A program made the translations under genes and the position numbers. The notes beneath the pieces are model-generated. The model was not told the origin of the DNA. It saw only the letters and a program-made list of their open reading frames with translations, and did no database searches. 24,223 nt of DNA from a virus. Taxonomy: Duplodnaviria > Caudoviricetes. Shown here in pieces: positions 14,007 through 20,560 of the stretch. The stretch is from IMG/VR virus record IMGVR_UViG_3300032266_000012, positions 1 through 24,223 of that record; one strand, 5' to 3'. Each line of letters begins with the position of its first letter. Position 1 is the first letter of the stretch.

Positions 14007-16559
14007 TTATAGACCGCTTAATTTTTTGTAATCTCTTAATAAGTCTGTTGACTCTTTCATTGGGCTACCTAATCCATCAACACCCATGCGACTCTTTTGA
14101 CTTGATACAACTGGGATAGTTGTTTGACCAGTAGATTTTTGTTTGTTCAATCCACCACTGATAACTTTAGTCATAAAGTCAATGTCAGCTTCGAATGCTG
14201 CATCTGTGCCGTTTTTACCAGCTTCGTTAGCCCATTCGTCTATCTTTTTCTTGTCTTTCTTGTCATCGTATTCAATGTCTTTTTTTACTTTCTTGCCAGC
14301 TTCTTCTGCTTTGTCATCGTCTTTACCTTTATGACCTTCATCATATTCGATATCCTTAGCAACTTTCTTAGCAGCTTTTTCTGCTTTGTCATCTTTCTCA
14401 CTAGTTGATTCTTCTGAAAGCATTGATATTTTTCTGAACAGATTAAAGAAACTTGATTCTGACATTGTTTCGCACTTGCAAGGATTGCAATCGCATTTAC
14501 TACAAGTGTCATCTTTGTCATCACTTTCTTCTACGTTTTCAACGTCATCTACTTCTGTCTCTGCTTCAGCTTCATCATCGCCATCTTCAGACATTGGCTG
14601 TGAATATACTTGACCTTCTTCTTCATCTTCCCCTGCATCTGCTGTTGCTAATGCACTATTAGTTGATGCATTACCTGCAACATCAGCATTAGTATTATCA
14701 GCACCAGAATCAGGAGCATTTGTTTCAGCTACTTCGTATGCCATTTGGTCTTCTGATTCTACTTCATCAACCATTTCTTTGTCACCATGGTCGCAACCAC
14801 ATGACTCGTATGCCATACCACATTCATTGCAAGGCTCTTCTTCGCCGTGCATATGTTCTTCAGACCCTTCTTCACTTTCGTAATCACCATCTGATGGCAT
14901 ATCACCGCCACCACTTAATTTCTTCATTAGTGCCATCATGCCGTCATGGTCATCAACTACACTGATACCACCGTGAGCACCTGCACTACCTTGAGGTGCA
15001 TTGAAACCTTTTTCTTCACCGCCAAACAAGCCCATGCCCGCTGATTTGATGATAGATAGTAACTGATCTGCTTCACCGTCTTGTGCAGACACACTTACTG
15101 AATCAGGAGATCCTTGTTGCCCTTTGCTGATAGAAACAGTCATACCCTCTGATACTTCTTCACTCTCAAGTAATGAATTCAATTGCTTATCTAATGATTC
15201 AAACGCAAATTCATCTAAATTTGAATCATAACGTGTTCTATCAGTAAATGTTTGTCCACCTACTTTAAACTTACCACCATGTGGTGTTTTAGCAAGGCCG
15301 GCTGTGAAAGCATTGCCTTCATCCATGCCCATGTCATCTGCACCATAACTAGCCATTGTACCTACTTCAGGAGATACTTCATCAACTGCTGTGCGACCTA
15401 ATATTGGCATTTGACCATAGCACTCATCCAAACCTTCTTTAAAGCCTTCGTGATAGTGTCTTGCTTCTTCCATGTCATCGTGTGAGCAACTGTATGGCAT
15501 TTTTCTTAATGCATGACTCTTACCTTCAAGTCTTGCTGCTTGTAGTTTATGATCCATACTTTCTTTCACTTTCTTTTTATCTTTTGCGGCTTGCTTCATT
15601 GGCTCTTTTTTGTTGCCGTCTTTATCTAAGTCTAAGAAGTCTGGCTTTGACCCTTCTTCTACTTTTTCAATATCTTTAGTGACTTTCTTGCCAATCTTTT
15701 CAGCTTTGTCATCTTTCTTAGCGAAAGGATTAACACCTTTTTTGCCTTCTTCTAAGCTGTTAGGATTGCGTCCACCTGTGCTGATTGGGCTTGATTGAGC
15801 AAAGTGTTGTGGAGCTTCTGCTTCTTTGATTTTTTTTAATTGTGCGCCTGCAATTTTTGTAGCAGCTTCTTTACCATACTTAGGTGTTAGTTTACGAACT
15901 AATGCATCAAAGCCTGTAGTAGCATTGTTGTGCTTACCTACATCTCCTGTTTCTTTCATTGGGGCAACTTGTGAACCTGCACCTGTTGCTGGTGTAGCGC
16001 CTGGTGCAGTTGGAGCAGCACCGGGTTTCTGCATTGACATTGTACCATTTTTAGCTGCTTGTACTACTGCTGGGTCTTGTGTAGTAATTGCTGGCATATT
16101 AGGATTAGCAGGATCTTTAATCATAAATGCTGGTTTTGATGCCATTTGCTGTTGTTGTTTTTGTTGTGATGTAGCTGGCATTGGTTGAACTGCTAGTCCT
16201 GCTTCACTTAATGCATCATCTAATTGACTAAAATATTCTTTAAGACTGTGTTTAACACTTGGTTTGCCTGTTGGTTTAGGTGCTTTGCCCATGCCCATTG
16301 CTTTGCTTAGTGCTGAACTGTCGTATGATTTAACTTCACCTGATGCATCTGCATTCTTTGGAGGACGACCTTTGCCGCGCTTTATAGCTGGAGCATCACT
16401 CATCTTAGATAGACTTGCACGACCGATTGGCTTACCATATTGGTCAGTAACATCTTCTGACCCATATCTATTTCCATAACCGCCTGGGCCTGCTTTGTGA
16501 ACAGTTGACTCACCTTCGGTTAATTGGTCGAATGATTTTAATATATCTCTAATATCCAT
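14007..16559 (-). CDS. Highly charged, largely disordered modular protein; putative head-internal / prohead-core protein, 850 aa
   Basis: Glu/Asp/Lys-rich, with many (L/I/V/M)-x-E motifs, an AT-hook-like KRGKGRPPK, DFLDLDKDGNKKEPM, two Cys clusters and three DDKAE.. repeats. SD AAGGA upstream. The ORF is solid; the function is inferred. Confidence 0.6.
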   Translation of the reverse strand: MDIRDILKSFDQLTEGESTVHKAGPGGYGNRYGSEDVTDQYGKPIGRASLSKMSDAPAIKRGKGRPPKNADASGEVKSYDSSALSKAMGMGKAPKPTGKPSVKHSLKEYFSQLDDALSEAGLAVQPMPATSQQKQQQQMASKPAFMIKDPANPNMPAITTQDPAVVQAAKNGTMSMQKPGAAPTAPGATPATGAGSQVAPMKETGDVGKHNNATTGFDALVRKLTPKYGKEAATKIAGAQLKKIKEAEAPQHFAQSSPISTGGRNPNSLEEGKKGVNPFAKKDDKAEKIGKKVTKDIEKVEEGSKPDFLDLDKDGNKKEPMKQAAKDKKKVKESMDHKLQAARLEGKSHALRKMPYSCSHDDMEEARHYHEGFKEGLDECYGQMPILGRTAVDEVSPEVGTMASYGADDMGMDEGNAFTAGLAKTPHGGKFKVGGQTFTDRTRYDSNLDEFAFESLDKQLNSLLESEEVSEGMTVSISKGQQGSPDSVSVSAQDGEADQLLSIIKSAGMGLFGGEEKGFNAPQGSAGAHGGISVVDDHDGMMALMKKLSGGGDMPSDGDYESEEGSEEHMHGEEEPCNECGMAYESCGCDHGDKEMVDEVESEDQMAYEVAETNAPDSGADNTNADVAGNASTNSALATADAGEDEEEGQVYSQPMSEDGDDEAEAETEVDDVENVEESDDKDDTCSKCDCNPCKCETMSESSFFNLFRKISMLSEESTSEKDDKAEKAAKKVAKDIEYDEGHKGKDDDKAEEAGKKVKKDIEYDDKKDKKKIDEWANEAGKNGTDAAFEADIDFMTKVISGGLNKQKSTGQTTIPVVSSQKSRMGVDGLGSPMKESTDLLRDYKKLSGL

Positions 16560-16569
16560 TTTCTTTTCC

Positions 16570-17199
16570 TTAACGGTTATATGCTGCGCCAGTCTTTGGC
16601 TTCGGTGGCATCTTAATAGTACTCATTGGACTCTTATCGCCCAACTTCTTATCATCTAGATATGGTTTGAACGGGTCAAACGCATCTTTTGTTCTTGTTC
16701 CTGCGTAAGGAATATCAATCATGCTGTCTTTAGTCTGTTCTTTGATTGATTGTAGATATGAATCGCCGTATGCTTTGCTTGCTTGTTTAGCATCTGGCTG
16801 CTCACCCATCTGTTCTTTGTCAAGTAATGGGCTATTTTTCATTTCATTCTCGTATCCAGCCATTTCACTATCGACGCTATCATCATAGGCAGTAGATACC
16901 ACACGCACCATATTTACATTGTAACCGCATAATTGAGCAATCTGTTGTATCATTGGTTCTGTAGCTGGATATCTAAATTCAGCTTTGATGATAGTAACAC
17001 TCTCGTTCTCTAAATTAGGGAAACCGTATGGTGATTTCTGTATTGGAGTACTCTTTGGCTCACTTATTTCCACTGGGTCAAACTTGTTTAGATTGTACTT
17101 AAACATATCTAAAAAGTTCTTGTCAATGGTGCCGGCAATTTTGATAGTGTAGTTGTAAGTATGTACACTTTCCATGATATATTGTTTGAGGCTTCGCAT
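16570..17199 (-). CDS. Hypothetical protein with a T4 capsid-targeting-like N-terminus (putative internal head protein), 209 aa
   Basis: Starts MRSLKQYIME|S, similar to the T4 internal-protein targeting sequence MKTYQEFIAE. It has its own late promoter and a CAGGA SD. Confidence 0.6.
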   Translation of the reverse strand: MRSLKQYIMESVHTYNYTIKIAGTIDKNFLDMFKYNLNKFDPVEISEPKSTPIQKSPYGFPNLENESVTIIKAEFRYPATEPMIQQIAQLCGYNVNMVRVVSTAYDDSVDSEMAGYENEMKNSPLLDKEQMGEQPDAKQASKAYGDSYLQSIKEQTKDSMIDIPYAGTRTKDAFDPFKPYLDDKKLGDKSPMSTIKMPPKPKTGAAYNR

Positions 17200-17218
17200 T
17201 TTTTATTCCTGTATATCT

Positions 17219-17226
17219 TATTTATC
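17219..17226 (-). promoter_or_regulatory. Late promoter motif GATAAATA
   Basis: GATAAATAAGATATACAGGAATAAAAAATG lies upstream of the 17199 start. Confidence 0.7.
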
Positions 17227-17229
17227 TTT

Positions 17230-17706
17230 TTAAGTGGATTTTGCAGCCAACATCTTAAGCAACTCGTTTCTGTCAAGTTCTCTGCCTTCACCCACTGGTG
17301 TAGCTTCAATCTCTTTTTCTCTACTTGCTTCTTTTTGATCTAATTGTGCTTTTTTCAGTTGCAAATCAATCATCTTTAACTTCTTATTTAGTTTAGCAGT
17401 TTTTGCTGTGATTGCGTGTCCCAACATAGTTCCTGCAACGTTGAATATCTCACTAGCATATCTGCTATCAACTTGCATCCCTAAATCCATCAAATCTTTA
17501 TAACTAGATTGTGCTAATTCAGCTAATGAATCCATCTCATTGTCGGCAGCTTCTAAACCACGTACTTGGGGTAATGCTTGTTCTATTTTTGATAGACTGT
17601 CTAATGCGTCAGTGGTGATTTCCTGTGCATTATCTGGGGTTGGTTTCGCCAAGTCATCTATATCGTCTTGTGGAAGTTCAAAGAGGTCCTCTAATTTTTT
17701 TGTCAT
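17230..17706 (-). CDS. Helical protein, possible terminase small subunit (T4 gp16-like), 158 aa
   Basis: Its size matches gp16. The central helices DLMDLGMQVDSRYASEIFNVAGTMLGHAITAKTAKLNKKLKMIDLQ and C-terminal RNELLKML resemble by eye the pattern of T4-like small terminases. It is adjacent to a gp4-like gene. The ORF is secure; the product call is tentative. Confidence 0.45.
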   Translation of the reverse strand: MTKKLEDLFELPQDDIDDLAKPTPDNAQEITTDALDSLSKIEQALPQVRGLEAADNEMDSLAELAQSSYKDLMDLGMQVDSRYASEIFNVAGTMLGHAITAKTAKLNKKLKMIDLQLKKAQLDQKEASREKEIEATPVGEGRELDRNELLKMLAAKST

Positions 17707-17711
17707 AAAAG

Positions 17712-17718
17712 TATTTAG
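17712..17718 (-). promoter_or_regulatory. Late promoter motif CTAAATA, 5 nt from the start codon
   Basis: Minus strand TAA-CTAAATA-CTTTT-ATG; no SD is present. Confidence 0.6.
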
Positions 17719-18156
17719 TTACTTTCGTGACCCGTTTCTAAAAAGGTCATCTTCTGTGATAACTCTGAATGTAAAACCTTGCGTCTTACAATAGGCCATA
17801 GCTGATTGCCATTTAGCATGATTAACCGCTACCACAGCACGGTCTCTGGCACTTGCTACTCTGCTTTCAATTAGACTTTGCTTTTTAGGTTTAATCTCTA
17901 CAACTTCGGCTAGTTGTTTACCATACTTATTTTGATATACTACAAAGAAGTCTGGTATATAGTTGTGTATTTTACCATCTAATGGGCTACGATATGGAAT
18001 AGCCATCGATTCACTTGCCCAGTGTGTCACACTTTTATGTGTATCACAAAAGGTCATGAATGTTAGTTCCCATCCTGACCGATATTTAGGTTTATGTTTA
18101 CCTACATACTTTTGTGGATTTTTAAGAGTGTATATACCTTGTGCCCAGTTTGCCAT
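17719..18156 (-). CDS. Head completion nuclease (T4 gp4-like, TnsA N-terminal / PD-(D/E)xK fold), 145 aa
   Basis: Typical gp4 motifs: KNPQKYVG, YRSGWE, WASE...IPYRSPLDGKIHNYIPDF, EIKPKKQ, VNHAKWQSA, FRVITE. Confidence 0.9.
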   Translation of the reverse strand: MANWAQGIYTLKNPQKYVGKHKPKYRSGWELTFMTFCDTHKSVTHWASESMAIPYRSPLDGKIHNYIPDFFVVYQNKYGKQLAEVVEIKPKKQSLIESRVASARDRAVVAVNHAKWQSAMAYCKTQGFTFRVITEDDLFRNGSRK

Positions 18157-18158
18157 AA

Positions 18159-18524
18159 TTACTGCACAATGTTTCGTGCTACTGTTTGATTTGGTTTTGG
18201 TAAAACACTTGTACCATATAGTGTGGTTTTGTTTTTGAAACTATTAAGATAATATGCAAGTATTTGATTTAGTTCCATCTTTTGTTTACCTTTAAGTTGG
18301 TTCAATAGATCAAGTACTGGTATCTGAGTTTGTTGTGCAATTCTGAATAATATAACAGTAAAATTATCAGCTATGTTTACTGAATCACATATTGAAGTAA
18401 AGTATGAATGCACGATATCATACTCATTGGGGTTGACAATGAGGTTGAAAGAGTAAAACGAATCAAAAATTCTGATTGTTTTATCTATAGAGTTAGATTT
18501 ACGATTGTCTATTATACTTGGCAT
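18159..18524 (-). CDS. Hypothetical protein, 121 aa
   Basis: Fills the gap between flanking minus-strand genes and is preceded by GATAAATA; no recognisable motif. Confidence 0.75.
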   Translation of the reverse strand: MPSIIDNRKSNSIDKTIRIFDSFYSFNLIVNPNEYDIVHSYFTSICDSVNIADNFTVILFRIAQQTQIPVLDLLNQLKGKQKMELNQILAYYLNSFKNKTTLYGTSVLPKPNQTVARNIVQ

Positions 18525-18528
18525 ATTT

Positions 18529-18536
18529 TATTTATC
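18529..18536 (-). promoter_or_regulatory. Late promoter motif GATAAATA, 4 nt from the start codon
   Basis: Minus strand TGATAAATA-AAAT-ATG; it overlaps the TGA stop of the 433-aa gene. Confidence 0.6.
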
Positions 18537-19836
18537 AATCAATAGTTTGATTTCTATTTCTGCCATATTGTTGGAAAGCATAACTAGGAACTTGATATCC
18601 AGCTGGGTTGTCTCCTAATTGTACAGGGCCTTGTTGTGCATTAATAATTTGACCTGCTTTGTTTTCTATTGCAGTAGTTTGACTTGCACTTGGAAAATTA
18701 AACATAAGATTTCTGGTATTAGTTTGTTCTGCTCCAGCAGACAATCCAGCAACAGTCTCTGAAATAGGACCATTTAACGTATTAGGATTTTTAATTGAAT
18801 TATATGCAACTAGACTAGGATTATTCATGCCACTGCCATATCCCCCTACCATTGCTCCTGTACTACTAGTAACTGCACCGCCATTAGCTTCTACTAATCC
18901 TTGCTGCCCTTCAACAACTGAATTTGCACCCTTTGGTGTTAAAGTACTTAATCTCCTATCATAGCTTCCGTCATCAGCAAACCCAGTAGCTATATTACTT
19001 GGATCCTGCCCATCGATTGCCCCTTCGTTATACACAACTGTTTCATAATCTATAGACATTTGATTTTCCATAATGCCTGTGCCTTGTGCATAGTCATATG
19101 TATCATGTGTAAATCTTGTTATAATAGGGTTCAATAATGTGTAAGCAGAAAAAAGATGTCGGTTAAATCCAAAGATAGTAATATTCTTAAAGAATGGTAC
19201 CTTGACCCCATCTGCATTATTGTTTTCACCTATATAGCCCCAATCATTATTCCCTGTGATAGAAGGTTGATATTGATTTCTATTATTATATCTAGCTTCA
19301 GTAGGATTTATTATTGTTCCGCCGCCGCCTTGTATTGGTTGACTTGCTGCCCCTCTATTACCAGAAAATACTACCTCAGGAGTAGTACCATCAAAATAAT
19401 AATAATTATAATATGCTTTCCATAATGCTCTTATAGTTCCACCTAAGTTAGGTGTACCTAACCCTGAACCATTGTCATCGTGGAATGTAATATCTATTGG
19501 ATCGTATTTGATTTTTGTTTGTATAATTCTTTTACGATTATACTGGTTCATTGTGGTAGTGTCAATATTGTAACTAGGAAGTTTAATTGTTTTTACTAAC
19601 ACCCCGTAATTATTACCAACTGCATCTGGAAATGCTTCTGGATTTATCTTAAAATAAACATGAAATAAGTATTTGAATTTAGGAGTGTTTTGATAATTCC
19701 CATTTTCTCTGAATATTTTACTTGCGTGAGTAAAATCACGCAAGGTTGCTTGTCCGGATGTAGTCGTACCTGGTCTACGTGGGTAAGCACGTTGAATATT
19801 ATTAGGTAAACTACCCTGATTAAAAGTATCAGCCAT
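18535..19836 (-). CDS. Tail tube-like paralog (baseplate-tube junction / tube initiator, gp48/gp54-like), 433 aa
   Basis: Tube-fold motifs PKFKYLFHVYF, VKTIKLPSYNIDTTTMNQYNRKRIIQTKIKYDPIDITFHDD and YTLLNPIITRFTHDTYDY...MSIDYE parallel the adjacent tube gene, followed by a low-complexity C-terminal tail. Confidence 0.65.
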   Translation of the reverse strand: MADTFNQGSLPNNIQRAYPRRPGTTTSGQATLRDFTHASKIFRENGNYQNTPKFKYLFHVYFKINPEAFPDAVGNNYGVLVKTIKLPSYNIDTTTMNQYNRKRIIQTKIKYDPIDITFHDDNGSGLGTPNLGGTIRALWKAYYNYYYFDGTTPEVVFSGNRGAASQPIQGGGGTIINPTEARYNNRNQYQPSITGNNDWGYIGENNNADGVKVPFFKNITIFGFNRHLFSAYTLLNPIITRFTHDTYDYAQGTGIMENQMSIDYETVVYNEGAIDGQDPSNIATGFADDGSYDRRLSTLTPKGANSVVEGQQGLVEANGGAVTSSTGAMVGGYGSGMNNPSLVAYNSIKNPNTLNGPISETVAGLSAGAEQTNTRNLMFNFPSASQTTAIENKAGQIINAQQGPVQLGDNPAGYQVPSYAFQQYGRNRNQTID

Positions 19837-19857
19837 GTTTAATAGCCAATTAAAATA

Positions 19858-20496
19858 TTATATACCGGCGCCAATACCAGTAGCGATATCTCCAACTGTT
19901 CTCTGAATAGCTTCACCTACACCTACTAAGCCACCACCAGCTGATTGAATTGCATTATCATAGCGTAATGTTAGTGCAATAGTTACTGCTTCGTTAGTTG
20001 CATAGTTCAATGTGTTATAGTTTGCTGTTTGTACAAAGCAACCATATAATTCCCATGTTTCTAGTACAACAGGACCTTGAGTTCCATTTCCACCATCTAA
20101 TATTTCGATATTGGTTTGGAATTTATAATCTTGACCGCTTGCTGCACTTGCTTGTTCAACAAAGTCCATTTGCTTCTGTAGTTGTTGTCCTACTAAAGCA
20201 GATACTGTGCCTGATGCATCATCACGAATGTTTATAGCAAGTGTTTGCCATGTTGCCTTGCCTGCCAAATACATAGTTGAGTTATATATTGGTAATGTAA
20301 TTTCTTGAAATTGAACTTGTGGTCTAGCGCAGTCAATAACTTGTTTAGTTAGACTTACAGTCTCCCCGACGGTTCCAAAATTTAAGAAATTTACCCTAAA
20401 CCTAAATTGTAATTTAGGCATTAATAAGCCCTGATTGCCGCCGGCATTATCAGATGCTACTGTCATGTTGAACAATGATTGTGAGGCTGTTGCCAT
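19858..20496 (-). CDS. Tail tube protein (T4 gp19-like), 212 aa
   Basis: PKLQFRFRVNF, YLAGKATWQTLAINIRDD, WELYGCF...LNY...LTLRYDNA motifs. Directly follows the sheath gene; strong SD CAGGAG. Confidence 0.9.
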   Translation of the reverse strand: MATASQSLFNMTVASDNAGGNQGLLMPKLQFRFRVNFLNFGTVGETVSLTKQVIDCARPQVQFQEITLPIYNSTMYLAGKATWQTLAINIRDDASGTVSALVGQQLQKQMDFVEQASAASGQDYKFQTNIEILDGGNGTQGPVVLETWELYGCFVQTANYNTLNYATNEAVTIALTLRYDNAIQSAGGGLVGVGEAIQRTVGDIATGIGAGI

Positions 20497-20518
20497 TTTA
20501 TGTTTCTCCTGTTAATAT

Positions 20519-20526
20519 TATTTATC
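20519..20526 (-). promoter_or_regulatory. Late promoter motif GATAAATA upstream of the tail tube gene
   Basis: GATAAATAATATTAACAGGAGAAACATAAAATG. Confidence 0.75.
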
Positions 20527-20527
20527 T

Positions 20528-20560
20528 TAAATTAAAGATAACCCCTTTCGGGATCATCTT
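20528..20560 (-). terminator. Stem-loop (GAAA tetraloop) after the sheath gene; probable terminator or stabilising hairpin
   Basis: Minus strand AAGATGATCCC-GAAA-GGGGTTATCTT followed by TAATTT: an 11-bp stem with G-U pairs and a weak U tract. Confidence 0.65.

Noticed and set aside
9547-14031. Plus-strand ORFs (e.g. 10348-11451, 12676-13284) opposite the fibre gene
   Set aside because: Antisense shadows caused by the biased codon composition of the 1522-aa gene
17719-18156. TnsA-like nuclease as evidence of a Tn7-type transposon or homing endonuclease
   Set aside because: The motifs and context match T4 gp4 head completion protein; there are no other transposition genes or terminal repeats
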